From NCBI RefSeq assembly GCF_964188315.1, contig NC_135656.1, positions 124,062,001 to 124,126,000 of the forward strand: 64,000 nucleotides of DNA. Direction: 5' to 3'. A program made the translations under genes and the position numbers. The notes under the pieces were generated by a model, which worked only from the letters and a program-made list of their open reading frames with translations, did not search any database and was not told where the DNA came from. The stretch's first letter is position 1. Each line of letters starts with the position of its first letter. Source of the stretch: Podarcis muralis (lineage: Eukaryota). Below, piece after piece: positions 22,228-35,649 of the stretch.

Positions 22228-23856
22228 TAAGTCACCTATAAGTTCCAGTGCAGGTAATGTACAAATCCAGTAATGAATAATAAGCAATAATTGATAAAGG
22301 CTAATTGGCCAATTAAGCAAAAACACAAGTCATAAAAAAGCAGGAACAAATGTTATTAGCCCCCAAACACCACAAACTGAATCTGTACAGAATTAAAAAT
22401 TCTGTATTTTCTTTTTCTTTTTTGGAGTAATTTTTATTAGAATTTGAAAAGGGCATGAGAAGGAATAAAGGGGGAAAGGGAAGAGAAACAGGGAGGAAAT
22501 AATGAGAGAGTCAAAGAGATGAGAAAGGGAAAGGAAAGAAAGAGAATAAAGAACTTGTGATTCTTCATCTCTCAGCTGTATATAAACATTATTCAACTCA
22601 TCCACTCCAATGTAACGCCCAACTAAACTACTTTCGATAAACCAACATTATAAAGATTCTTATTTTTGTTTTTGGACAGGGGGACATTTTTTTAATGCAC
22701 TTTAACGCACTCTGTGAGCACAGCCTGTCCCACAAGCCACTTCAGCTGAGATTCCTGCATTGCAGGGGGTTGGACTAGATGACCCTCAAGGTCCCTTCCA
22801 ACTCTTAAGATTCTATGATGCCCCACAAGGTGGTTAAGTTAGTTTCTCGTTTCCTACATTGATGGCTGATGCTCTGTCCCTTTTCCTCAGAGTCTGTCAG
22901 CTGCTAGAAAAGGTAGCAATCCAGGGTTTGTGAGATTTGAGTAAGGTCTCTGATGAATAAAGCCAAGGCTACATTTGACAAAGGATCACCTCCATGTTTT
23001 CCAACCCCAAAGCGTCGGGGGGATTTTGGTCAAGGAGTTGTTGGGCCACGGATTTGTATCGTATCATCACTGACTTGTATGGTGTGGCAGATTGTGGTTA
23101 CATGGGCAACCATTTTGTTCCCTCTGTGTGCTGAGGGGATTCAAGGAGGTTCCCTCAAACCGTGGTCGTCATGGAGGTTATTGGGTCAGTTTCCCTCAAA
23201 AACAAAAAAAGGGGGATGAGGAGCCTGGAGAGGAATCCTGGAGAGTTTCCAGAGATGTTTCTGTGGAGAAAAGGTGGGACACACTTTTCCTCAGAACAGG
23301 CAGGGATCAATATATGATCAACCTGGGCAGAGACAAGGGAGCCTCCCTCCATCTGAGGAGTTTCCTGCTCTTTTTCCTGAAGGTGGCAAAATGGGTCAAA
23401 AAAACCCACAAGAGTTTCTGTGAGGAAAGCCCCCTCTCCATGTCTCTCCTCAAGGCCTGAAAGCTCTGGGAAGCATTGTGGATACAAGATACCCTCGCCT
23501 AGGGGGCCGCATTCAGATGAACAGCTAAATACGAATCCCCTCAGGAGTTTCAGTTATGTGAGGATTCGAAGGCTTCCGGCCCCCTCCAAGGGAAGGCCCT
23601 TGCAATGGACATTTGTAGGAACACTTACAAGGGCATTTGGCTTCCTTAATAGCTACGGTCGAAATGAAACTTGAGGTTTGAGGGACTCCTCACTCCCCCC
23701 CCTTTTTTTTGTTTCTGAGGGAATCTGACAAAATAACCTCCAGGAGGTTCCCTCAAACCTCGGTTGACATGGAGGTTATTTTGTTTCCCTCAGAAACAAA
23801 CAAACAAATCTGGTGGGGAATCCTGGAGAGTAGGATTGGACCAGATGAGGCCCTTC

Positions 23857-24099
23857 TGTTATGTATTGAAGTTCTCACCCTGGCCACCAGGGGCATTGTG
23901 TATCTAGTTTTCACTCAGGTCCACTTCAGTTAATTTAGGCGGGAAACCCTGGGGTGTTGTTGTTACAATGTTGACAGCCGGCTGCCTATAAAAGCAGGTT
24001 GGTTGAGCTGTGTTCAGTTCAGTTCAGTTCCAGCTTGCTTATAAAGAACTGCTTGCAGAAATCTCTGTGTCGTCTGCTATGTCAACCCACAACTTAATA
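23857..24099 (+). mobile_element. Solo Gypsy-type LTR inserted in a CR1 tail
   Basis: TGTTATG...CTTAATA termini (CA mutated to TA); perfect 5-bp TSD CCTTC at 23852-23856 and 24100-24104; TATAAAA at about 23986. Confidence 0.8.
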
Positions 24100-24584
24100 C
24101 CTTCCAACTATGATTCTCTGTGTGCATAATATATAACACCGATGTGATTCCTGAGTTGCAGGGGGTTGGACTAGATCACCCTTGGGACATCTTCCGTCTC
24201 CACACAATTTTGTACTGTGTATGAACCTCAAGGACTAAGTAGCTCAACGCCGGCCCCCCATTGAGGCCGCTTCAGTCTTTGGGCTCCAGAAGAAGGGGAT
24301 CTCCCCTCGTCTTTCCGGAATCCATCGGATCACCAGCCAGAAGGCATCTAGGCCTGGATGGACCAAAGTGGGCAGCTGTTATTAACAAACTTTTCCAGGC
24401 TTTTCAACAATTTCCTTTGCTTTCCTGTAACTGCTTCCCCTCCCATATAGCAAAGGTTTTAGGTAGAAGGCTTCATTATGGCTTCCCTGAAGCACAAAAC
24501 TGCCCCAGTAGCAGAACCAGTCGGCTTTGCAAACGCAGCAGATGTGACATTTAGGGTTTGGAAAGTACGGATCTGGAAAGTGCC

Positions 24585-24586
<2 letters not shown>

Positions 24587-24634
<48 letters not shown>

Positions 24635-24740
24635 TTATTTAAATCCAGCCCATCTAGCTGGGTTTCTCCAGCTATTCTGGGATGCTCACAACAGAATATT
24701 AAAAACACAGTAAAACATCAAACATTAAAAACTTCCCAGT
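24587..24740 (-). mobile_element. L2 3' tail with a (TTA)n microsatellite
   Basis: (TAA)n on the plus strand, followed by the L2 terminal sequence shared with 7576 and 32160. Confidence 0.8.
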
Positions 24741-25127
24741 AGTCAGGCCCTCCAAGTGTCCTTGTTTTCCAGGGACAGTCCCTGATTTAGAGAAGCCGCC
24801 CGGGTTTTTGATTTGATCCCAGAAGGTCCAACTTTTCCTTAGGACGTCAGTGTTTCCATCTGAGGAATGTTGGAGGGGATGTAATTATCTGACCCCTGAG
24901 TCATCTGAAGGCAATCCTGTATAGGGAAGGTTTTTCTAAAAAATGTTTTATTATGTTTTTATAGATCTTGGAAGCCGAGTGGCTGGGGCAACCCAGTCAG
25001 AGGAGTGGAGTGTAAATAGTAAAATGACCACGATGATTAGGACGTGCCTAATTTCATCGGAGAAACGTTGGAGGGGAACAAAACAGGAGATCCCCCCACA
25101 AACCGGGAGAAGACCAACTAGACTTGC

Positions 25128-25266
25128 AGCATTTCCCAACCTTGGGTCTCCAGCTGTTTTTTCCAGACTACAATTCCCATCATCCCTGAGCACCGGTCTT
25201 GCTAGCTAGGGATGATGGGAGTTGTAGTCCAAAAACAGCTGGTGATGACCCCAGGTTGGGAAACGC
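25128..25266. mobile_element. Hairpin MITE (gactacaa-tcccatc family)
   Basis: tttcccaaccttggg...ccaggttgggaaa arms around a self-complementary core. Confidence 0.8.
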
Positions 25267-25429
25267 CGAACTAGAGCTTAGCATGAAAGACTTTGGCCGA
25301 TTAGGAAGGTTATGGGGATCTCGGGGCATGAGATCTGGGATCTTGCCAAGATCTGCTCCCCCCACCCCCAATCCTTGGGGCGCAGGATTTGCGGATTCAT
25401 CCCCTCTTGTGTCTTGACACGAGGCATCT

Positions 25430-26330
25430 TTCAAGAAAGTGGATTCCTTTCCCAGCTCACTTCTGGGGGCTCAACCTCTGGGGGCTTCACGTCACGGGGC
25501 TGCTCTTTTATGGAAAAAGAGCCCCAAGTGCGTTTCTGCAGCAGCGGTGGACCCCTTAGCGTGGAGGGGTGGGGGTGGCAGGCAGAGGGAGAGGGGTGGG
25601 TGGGCGGGCTTTTGTATGCAAGATCCTGGAGAGAAGGAGAGCCCTTCTGCCGCGTCCTCAGCTGCAAAGTCCTCTTGCGGCTTCTCTCCGGGCTTTTGCA
25701 AAGGGATCCCGGGGGTGGGTGGGGGGCGATGGGGAGGGAGGCCCTCTCTGTGTGGGTCCGCGGCGAGGAAGGGGTTAAAGCGAGCGAGGCTGGGTTCCTG
25801 GAGAGGCGTGCAAGGAGGAGGAGGGGAGGGGGCGAGGGAGGGAGGGAAGGAGGGGGCGGGTGCATCCAACGAGCCTGGGGTTTTTCTCCCCTCCTCCCAC
25901 CACCACCGGGACCCCCCCCCCCCGACCACCCACTCAGGTTGGCTCTTCCTCCAAGCTGGGGGTGGGGAGCAGGTGAGTGGCAAATTCATTTGGGGGCGGG
26001 CTGCAAAGGTGGGGGTAGGGAGAAGAGGGGAAGGGCTCAGCAGCGGGTGGAGACAAAAGGAGAGAGGGGTACCAGGCGCTTGGCTGGGGAGAAAGGGTGG
26101 GGGAGATCTTCTCCCCGCTCCCCCCCCCCGTCCCACTCCAGTTGTTCCCTTCCTCCAAAAAGAGGTGAACTGCTCTAGCCAGCCCTCTCCCACCTCCTCT
26201 CCTGGCTGCCGGGGTCAGAACAAAAGATTTGCACTGGAACCAGTATCAAACCAGTTTGCATTAGGAGGAGAGAAATAGGTGTTGGGGGAGCGCACCGGTT
26301 GGGGCTGGGGCTCAAGGGCAGGGAGGGGCA
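25430..26330 (+). promoter_or_regulatory. GC-rich candidate promoter and 5' exons of ZNF-3
   Basis: GC/G-tract rich; TCACGTCAC at 25487; donor CAG|GTGAGT at 25973; upstream of the SCAN exon. Confidence 0.55.
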
Positions 26331-26661
26331 AGGGCAGAACCTCTCGCTGTGGGGTTGGCAAGCAGAAAGCTGGTTTTAGCCTCCTTTTGTTGCTGCTTGG
26401 TCTTGTTTATTCACAGTTTGTTTTTTCTCTCTCCAAAGAGAGGCCTCCCGTCACAAGTTTTAAACCTCTCAACTGCCCAATGGGGTAGGTCAGAGTGTGG
26501 GATGGTGCCAGATTCATGACCGAGTGGGTTCTGGGGTTTGTAGTTCGGTGAGGGGGTAAACTGTAGTCCCCATGATTCTTTGGGGAGGGGAGCCAAGTGG
26601 TACCTGGATGGCTTTGAAAGAGGATTACTGTAGACAGATTCAAAGTGGAGAGGGCTACCTA

Positions 26662-27316
26662 TTGTTGTTGTTTAGTCGTGTCCGACTCTTCGTGACCCCC
26701 TGGACCAGAGCACGCCAGGCACTCCTGTCTTCCACTGCCTCCCACAGTTTGGTCAAACTCATGCTGGTAGCTTCGAGAACACTATCCCACCATCTCGGCC
26801 TCTGTCGTCCCCTTCTTCTTGTGCCCTCCATCTTTCCCAACATCAGTGTCTTCTCCAGGGAGTCTTCTCTTCTCATGAGGTGGCCAAAGTATTGGAGCCT
26901 CAGCTTCAGGATCTGTCCTTCCAGTGAGCACTCAGGGCTGATTTCCTTCAGAATGGATGCATTTGATCTTCTCGCAGTCCATGGGACTCGCAAGAGTCTC
27001 CTCCAGCACCATAATTCAAAAGCATCAATTCTTCGGCAATCAGCCTTCTTTATGGTCCAGCTCTTACTTCCATACATCACTACTGGGAATACCATGGCTT
27101 TAACTATACGGACCTTTGTCGGCAAGGTGGTGTCTCTGCTTTTTAAGATGCTGTCTAGGTTTGTCATTGCTTTTTCCCCAAGAAGCAGGCGTCTTTTAAT
27201 TTCGTGGCTGCTGTCACCATCTGCAGTGATCATGGAGCCCAAGGAAGTAAAATCTCTCACTGCCTCCATTTCTTCCCCTTCTATTTGCCAGGAGGTGATG
27301 GGACCAGTGGCCATGA
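26662..27316 (-). mobile_element. BovB (RTE) LINE 3' fragment
   Basis: ORF 26655-27314 with HEIKRRLLLG, VFPVVMYG-SWT, DAFELWCWRRLLRVPWTARRSN and LQYFGHLMRR; (CAA)n tail. Short BovB tails also at about 21030-21105 and 51601-51668. Confidence 0.95.
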
Positions 27317-27566
27317 TCTCCCTTCACAATTGGAAGCAGCAGTGCTTCCGAATGCCAGTTGCTGGAAAGCATTCTGTTCAGATACTGCTTGCAGGTTTCT
27401 ATCAGGCATTTGGTTGGCCCCCATGAGAAAAGAACGCTGGACTTTACAGGCCATTGGCCTGACCCAGCAGGCTCTTCTTATCCTCTTAACCCTGGTCTCC
27501 CACCTCCACACCCAACACACTAAGCACTGCACCACACTGCCTCTTCTATTTCTAGTCCCTTAAATT

Positions 27567-28498
27567 CATAGAATCATAGATTGGTAGAGTTAGCCCAACC
27601 TCCTGCCATGCAGGAATCTCAGCTACAGCATCCATGACAGATGGCCACCCAACCTCTGCTTAAAAACCTCCAGTGAAGGAGAGTCCACAGCTTTCCCAGG
27701 GAGACTGTTCCACCAGAGCACGAGAAAATAAGCTTGCCCCATCCTCCATGCATCAGCCCTTGAGATATTTGAAGATGGCTATCATATCTCCTCTCAGTCT
27801 CCTCTTATCCAGACTAAACTTGCCCAGCTCCTTCAATCGTTCCTCATAAGGCCTGGTTTCCAGACCCTTGATCATCATGGTTGCCCTCCTCTGCACACGT
27901 TCCTGCTTGTCAACATCCTTTTTAAATTATGCTGCCCAGAACTGTACATAGTACTCCAGGTGTCATCTGACCAAGACAGAATACAGTGGTACTATGACTT
28001 CCCTTGATCTGGACACTATACTTCTGTTGATGCAGCCTAGAATAGCATTAAACTTTTTCCGCCCCCCGGCTGCATCACACTGTTGACTCATGTTAAGCTT
28101 GCGGTCCACTAAGACCCCTAGATCCTTTTGACATGTATTACTAGTAAGCCTTGTGTCCCCAATCTCATATTTGTGCAGCTGTTATTCTTGCCTAAGTGCA
28201 AGAACCTTGAATCCCAATTCCTCCTTCTTCAGTGATAGCTACCTCTCCCAATTTGATGACATCTGCAGATTTGATGAACTTCCCCTCAATTCCTTTGTCC
28301 AAGTCATTTATAAAGATGTTGAACAACAACGGGCCCAGGACAGAACCCTGCAGCGCCCCAATTGTCACTTTTCCCCAGGATGACGAGGAACCACCAATGA
28401 GTATTCTTTGGGTTCAGTCAGTCAACCAGCTACAAATCCACCTAACAGTTACCTCATCCAGCCTACATTTTACCAACTTCTCCGCAGGAATATCATGG
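27567..28498 (-). mobile_element. CR1 LINE 3' fragment
   Basis: Reverse complement of the ATTCTATG tail at 27567; decayed ORF2 (reverse complement of LEYYVQFWA, QHKLNMSQQC, ADDIKL). Confidence 0.88.
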
Positions 28499-28727
28499 GG
28501 GGGGACGGGACTTTGTCTTGGCTGCTTATTAGTCTCTGTCGTCTTTTACAGGTCCCAGCCAGGGTCACCCTTCACACCTAGCAAAGCATCTTTCCTGTAG
28601 GGGCTTGCAAACTTTGCCGGACATCGACACCCTCCCCTCCAACGCCAGTCAAATTCCGGCAGCCTTTGGTTTGGGAACAGAATTCTCCGCAAGGAAATCC
28701 TTGGATTCCTTCTGGGAACTTTGGGAG

Positions 28728-29144
28728 ATGGAAAAGCCAGACTCAGCGGCTCCCTGGGGAGGAAAGGACCCCCACGTCACCCAGACTGGGAGCACTGGGG
28801 AGGTCTGGGAAAGGAACGTGCAGCAGATCCTGGGCGAGGGCAATGCCAGCTCAGACGTCCAGCGCCAACACTTCCGGGCCTTTTGCTACCAGGAGGCCGA
28901 GGGCCCCCGTGAGGTCTGCAGCCGCCTCCACCACCTCTACCGCCAGTGGCTGAAGCCGGAAAAGCACACCAAGGCCCAGATGCTGGACCTGGTGGTCTTG
29001 GAGCAGTTCCTGACTATCCTCCCCCCGGAGATGGAGAACTGGGTCAGGGAGTGCGGAGCCGAGACCAGCTCCCAGGCGGTGGCCCTGGCAGAAGGCTTCC
29101 TCCTGAGCCAGGCGGAAGAGAAGAGGCAGGAAGAAAAGGAGCAG
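28728..29144 (+). CDS. ZNF-3 (SCAN-KRAB-ZNF, ZKSCAN-like) SCAN exon
   Basis: [54 protein letters not shown]...AVALAE; donor CAG|GTGAGA. Model join(28728..29144,30353..30482,31770..31855,33098..33224,34709..35649) = 566 aa. Confidence 0.92.
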
Positions 29145-29399
29145 GTGAGAGCAGTTTCTATAAATCATGGGAGTTGGGAAGGAGCCAGAGTCCAATCCCC
29201 TGGAATTCCTCCCCCTGCCCACCCCATTAATTTGTTATAATAAAAGAAAGCAAAGTTTAATAACAGAGGCCAAATAAAGCAAAGCAAAAGCGGAAGGGGT
29301 ATCTAGAATTAACGAGATAGGAGCAAAATTCAATCAATTAATGTCACAAGTAGCACAAATGGATTCACCTTATCCTGCATGTTATTGCTCCAGTACATT

Positions 29400-29870
29400 T
29401 ATATTAGAAGACTCAATTTCTCGATAAAGACATTATATTGTTTACTGTCCTTTCTGGTTTTTGCCGCATACGTTAGCTTAACCATGCACACTGTGTTCCT
29501 AATTTTCATTATCCGCTCTGTCATGGACGGTCTTCTCATTCTGCTACCCCACCCAGATTTCACAAAAATAATAATTCTGGAAGCAGTTAAGAGGTGTTGC
29601 ATTCATTCCCTGTTCTCTGTTGGTTGTTTGTTTAATATGTCTGAATAGCAAAAATTGGGGGATCCATGGGTAAAAATATGGCAAGCTATTACTTGAGTTT
29701 CCTTCGCCATATCTTCCTAGAATTTTCTGATTTTGGGGACATGCCCAGAGTATGCGCCATATCCCAGCTTTTGTGGCTTTACACCTCCACAAGCAACACT
29801 GGTTATTCTGTATATCCAGGTAAGATGTGGTGGTGTTAGGTATAATAAAAATACATACATAAAACCGTGC
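29400..29870 (-). mobile_element. L1-like ORF2 C-terminal relic
   Basis: Minus translation CLWRCKATKAGIWRILWACP resembles the L1 CCHC region. Confidence 0.55.
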
Positions 29871-29894
29871 ATACATGCATACATAAAACCGTCT

Positions 29895-30175
29895 GGGTTT
29901 CCCCAGCCACTCTGGGCAGCTCCCAACAGAATATTTAAAACACGATAAAACATCAAACATTAAAAACTTCCCTAAACAGGGAAGTTTGCCTCCAGGTGTC
30001 TTGTAAAAGTCAGATAGTTGTTTATTTCCTTGACATCTGATGGGAGGGCATTCCACAGGGCAGCTGCCACTACCGAGGAGGCCCTCTGCCTGGTTCCCTG
30101 TAATTTTGCTTCATGCAGTTAGGGAACTGTCAGAAGGCCCTCGGAGCTGGACCTCAGTGTCCGGGCTGAACGACG
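29895..30175 (-). mobile_element. L2 3' fragment
   Basis: Same sequence as 32460-32710. Confidence 0.85.
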
Positions 30176-30352
30176 CTGTTCCAGTGGAACAGAAGCTTGT
30201 AAAATATTTCTTTTAGGGTCACACTACCTGTTTGCTGAGGAACTCTTATGCCAAAACCGATTCCAACAGTCGGATGGAAGTTCCCATCCAAATCCCTCTT
30301 CCTAATCCCTTTTCTCTATTCCCCACTTGAAGATCCGCAAATTTTGTTTCAG

Positions 30353-30482
30353 GTTCAAGGGGCGAGAAAAGGGGCTCCTTCTTCCCCCAAAGTAGAAAAG
30401 GCCCCGCCAGCCAGCAGGAAGAGGCAGCTGTTCCGGGGAGCCATTCCGGGGGGCGCTGGAGGGGATGCATCTACCTTGCTGG
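30353..30482 (+). CDS. ZNF-3 linker exon 2
   Basis: ttttgtttcag|GTT...CTG G|gtaagg; 130 bp, phase 0/1, open. Confidence 0.7.
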
Positions 30483-30861
30483 GTAAGGAGGAATTGGGAG
30501 CACAATTTGGCTTGATCTTGGTCTCTCGAGGGGGTTTGCCTAGAATCTGGACGTTGCTTTTTAGGACATAAGAAGAGTTACTGCCTCGTAGCCAGACCTA
30601 CTTTGCAGGGTTGTTGTGAGGATAAAATGGGAAGGTGGGTATGTAAGAATAGCCTTGCTAGATCAGGTCAGTGGCCCACATAATGCATCACAACCCCCCC
30701 CCCCCGATGCCCCAATGGGAAACTTGCAGACTTTTAAGTTTCCCTTCCATCAGTGGTGAAAGGGTGGGGAGGTGGGAGTTTTGCCCTCGTCTCCAGCCCT
30801 TTTTTAAACCGGGGTAGGAATCCAAATTTTTTGTGTGTATAATTGTATTATTATACTTATT

Positions 30862-31212
30862 GGGACGCAGGTGGCGCTGTGGGTTAAACCACAGAGCCCA
30901 GGACTTGCTGATCAGAAGGTTGGCGTTTCGAATCCCCTCGACAGGGTGAGCTCCCGTTACTCTGTCCCAGCTCCTGCCAACTTAGCAGTTCGAAAGCACG
31001 TCAAAGTGCAAGTAGATAAATAGGTACCGCTCCGGCGGGAAGGTAAACGGCGTTTCTGTGTGCTGCTCTGGTTTGCCAGAAGCGGCTTAGTCCTGCTGGC
31101 CACATGACCCGGAAGCTGTACACCAGCTCCCTGGGCCAATAAAGCGAGATGAGCGCCGCAACCCCAGAGTCGGTCACGACTGGACATAATGATTTACCCT
31201 TTACCCTTTACC

Positions 31213-31214
<2 letters not shown>
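30862..31214 (+). mobile_element. Sauria SINE, subfamily B
   Basis: Full head-to-tail match to the family. Confidence 0.93.
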
Positions 31215-31271
<57 letters not shown>

Positions 31272-31610
31272 GAATTTATATACTGCCCTATACCCGGGGG
31301 TCTCAGAGCAGTTCACAGAATAAAATCAAGATATAAAACCACAAAATACCTACTAAAAATCAAAACAACAACCCAATAGCCCCTCCCACCACAAAAACAC
31401 ACACATTCTAAAAGGGCATAGGATGTCAATCGGGTCAACCAAAGGCCTGGTTAAAAAGGAACGTTTTTGCCTGGCGCCTAAAGGTGTATAATGAAGGTGC
31501 CAGGTGAACTTCCCTGGGGAGAGCATTCCACAGACGGGGAGCCACTGCAGAGAAGGCCCGTTCTTATGTTGCCACCCTCCAGACCTCTCAAGGAGGGGGC
31601 ACACGAAGGA
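31215..31610 (-). mobile_element. L2 3' fragment with a (TAA)n tail
   Basis: (TTA)n microsatellite, then an L2-like terminus (ggagagcattccacag, gagccactgcagagaaggcc). Confidence 0.7.
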
Positions 31611-31769
31611 GGGGTCACACTTTAACTTTTCACAGTCGGAATTTGAGAAAAAAGTGTGGCTTATATTTGGGCCAATATGGTAATTAAGCCCCAGGACTGA
31701 GAAACAACTGAGGTGGCGGGTGCAGCATCTCGCCTCCTTCCCACTTCCTTCCTTCCTCTTCCTTCACAG

Positions 31770-31855
31770 GTAGCCAAGCTCCTCTGGCGGATGGTCTCAG
31801 CCCTTCCTTAATGTGTGACGGAGCGGAAATGGTTGCTGCACAGTTGCCTGGACAG
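31770..31855 (+). CDS. ZNF-3 linker exon 3
   Basis: Long pyrimidine tract cttcacag|GT...CAG|gtagga; 86 bp, phase 1/0, restores the frame to KRAB-A. Confidence 0.68.
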
Positions 31856-32104
31856 GTAGGAGCGGAAGAACTGGGGAACTGAGGAAGGATGCCTCCATCA
31901 CCTGCACATGTCTGTGGGCCTGAAAGGATGTGTCTCTTAACCCCTATCAAAGGATGTTCCAAAGCTGGGAAGGATCTGAGCATCCCTGAGGGAACTCTGG
32001 ATCCTGCAGGGAGAGCCTCCATCCCTTTCAAAGGTTTATCATAGAATTGTGGAGTTGTGGAGTTGGAAGGGAACCAAAGAGTCATCTAGTCCAGTCCCCT
32101 GTAA

Positions 32105-33247
<1,143 letters not shown>

Positions 33248-34402
33248 TAACAGAAGCTATGCAGTGATGGGTCACAGAGGTCAAGCTATCCTGGTCAAGA
33301 AATGGCTGTAGCTGTCCCATCCGCTGAAGCTGGTGCAAGGCACTCTTAGCCACTGGGCCTCGGGTGATAAGTGGGGGTACAGTTCCATCCCAAAGCAGGC
33401 AATGGACCAGTTATCCAGACTTAAGAACGTAAGAAGATCAGGCTGGAAGCCCATTGAATCCAGCGTCCTGTTCTCACAGTGGCCAACCAGATGCTTATTA
33501 TGGGAAACCTGCAAGCAGGACACGAACACAAGGGCAACTCTTTCCTCCTGTGGTTTCCAGTAACTGGTACTCAGAAGCATTGCTGCCTCTGATGGGAGAC
33601 AGAACAGATCCATCATGGCTAGTAGCCAATGATAGCTGGAGCTCTCCTCCATGGCATTGTCCAATCCTCTTTCTAAGCCATCTAGGTTGGAGGCCATCAC
33701 TGCCTCCTGTGTGGGGTTAGGCCCATAGTTATGAACCAACCTGGACCCTGCGATCATCATCCTCTGGAGGCACTTCTTCGTGTACCATCTCTTTCTTACC
33801 AACGCAAGTAAAGGGTTGGGATGGAGGGTTGCCTGGAGGGTGGCAAAATGAGAACGGGGCCTTTTCTGCAGTGGCTCCCTGTTGCGGAATGCTCTCCTCA
33901 GGGAGGCTTGCCTGGCACCTTCATTACATGTCTTTAGGCGCCAGGCGAAAAGCATTTCTCTCCAATCAGGTGTTTGGCTGATTAACATGCTATTACTTTT
34001 AAAATGTGTTTGTAGGAGGGGAGCTCTTCGTTTTGTTTTTGTTTCCTTATGTACTCTGTGTTCTCATTTTGTATTTTTCTGTTGTGAACCACTCTTGTAT
34101 CTTCCAATAAATTTAATTTGCCCACAGTGTTGTAAGAATGGAAGATAAGCTTTTCTCCGCCCACTTTCTCCATATCTGCTTCTCCCATATCACCTCTTAC
34201 TTACCTTCTCTCTAAACTGAAAAGTCCCACGTGCTGTAACATTCCCTTAAAGGGAAGTCGCTCCATCCTCACGCCCTTTTCTGAAACTTTTCCAGCTCTA
34301 CAACATCCTTTCCGAGGTGTGGCAACCAGAACTGTACACAATACTCCAAATGTAGTCACATCACAGTTTTATATAAAAAAGTTATGATATAACTGGGATA
34401 TA

Positions 34403-34647
34403 CAGTGGTACCTTGGTTCTCAAATTTAATCAATTCCGGGAGTCCGTTCGACTCCTGGAATGGTTTGAAAACCAAGGTGTGGCTTCTGATTGGCTGGAGG
34501 AGCTTCGTGCACTTAATCAGAAACCATGGAAGCTGTGTCGGACGTTCGGCTTCCAAAGAACATTCGCAAACACTCACTTCTGGGTTTGTGGCATTCGGGA
34601 GCTGATTTGTTCGACAACTAAACTGTTTGACTACCAATATACCACTG
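34403..34647. mobile_element. Tc1/mariner MITE, family C
   Basis: TA|CAGTGGTACC...TACCACTG|TA; internal sequence differs from families A and B. Confidence 0.8.
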
Positions 34648-34708
34648 TAGAAATGAGTTGGGCTTTTGCTTGGTGGTGTGAGGTTCATTTTCCTCTTTCT
34701 CCCTTCAG

Positions 34709-35649
34709 GTGAAGCGATGGAGAGCGGGATCGTTGCCAAACAGCAGAGAAGTGACTTGGAGCCGCGAGAACCGGTTTGCAAGGCGGGGGGTGTCTTGCTT
34801 GAAGGAGCCAACTTCCACGAAGCCCCGACGCAAGAAAAACATTGGGATGGGAACGAAAGGCAGGCACTCCCTCCCTTGTGCCCGGAAAGCATAGCGAGCA
34901 AGCCCAGCATCCGAAGGCATCAGAGGATCAACAAGCGGGAGACCCTCCTGGAGTGCTCCGAGTGCGGAAAGGTCTTCAACCGGCGCTACAGCCTCACCAG
35001 GCACCAGAGAGTCCACACGGGCGAGAAGTGGTGGATCTGCTCGGTTTGCGGGAAGAGTTTCAGCCAAAGGTACCACCTCACTAGGCACCAGCGAGTTCAC
35101 ACAGGGGAGGAGTGGTGGATTTGCACGGTGTGTGGGAAGAGCTTCCGGTGCAGCAACAGCTGCCTGAGGCACCAAAGGATCCACACGGGCGAAAAGCCGT
35201 TTGAGTGCTCCGAGTGCGGGAGGCGCTTCAGCGAGAGCTCCACGCTGTACAAGCACCAGAGGGTCCACACCGGGGAGAAGCCGTACAAATGCCTGGACTG
35301 CGGGAAGAGCTTCCGCCAGAAGATCAACCTCACCCGCCACCGGACGGTCCACACGGGGGAGAGGCCGTACCCGTGCGCCGAGTGCGGGAAGAGCTTCAGT
35401 CAGAGGGTGAGCCTGACTCTGCACCGCACCATCCACACCGGGGAGAAGCCCTACAAGTGCTCGGAGTGCGGGAAGGGCTTCAGCCAGCGGATCAACCTCA
35501 CCTCGCACCAGAGGACCCACACGGGGGAAAAACCGTACCAGTGCTCCGAGTGCGGGAAAAGCTTCAGCCGAAGCAACAGCCTCGCTTATCACTTGAAGCA
35601 CCACATAAATGTTCAGTGCGTCGAACTTGTGCCGGAAGAGAAACCATAG
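34709..35649 (+). CDS. ZNF-3 last exon: linker plus 8 C2H2 fingers
   Basis: Acceptor cccttcag|G, phase 1, in frame with ORF 34666-35649. Confidence 0.93.

Noticed and set aside
26662-27316. BovB as evidence of a new horizontal transfer
   Set aside because: BovB is a well-known resident of squamate genomes; a 3' fragment adds nothing without a phylogeny
34705-35604. 299-aa antisense ORF opposite the ZNF-3 fingers
   Set aside because: Expected by-product of GC3-rich codons on the sense strand
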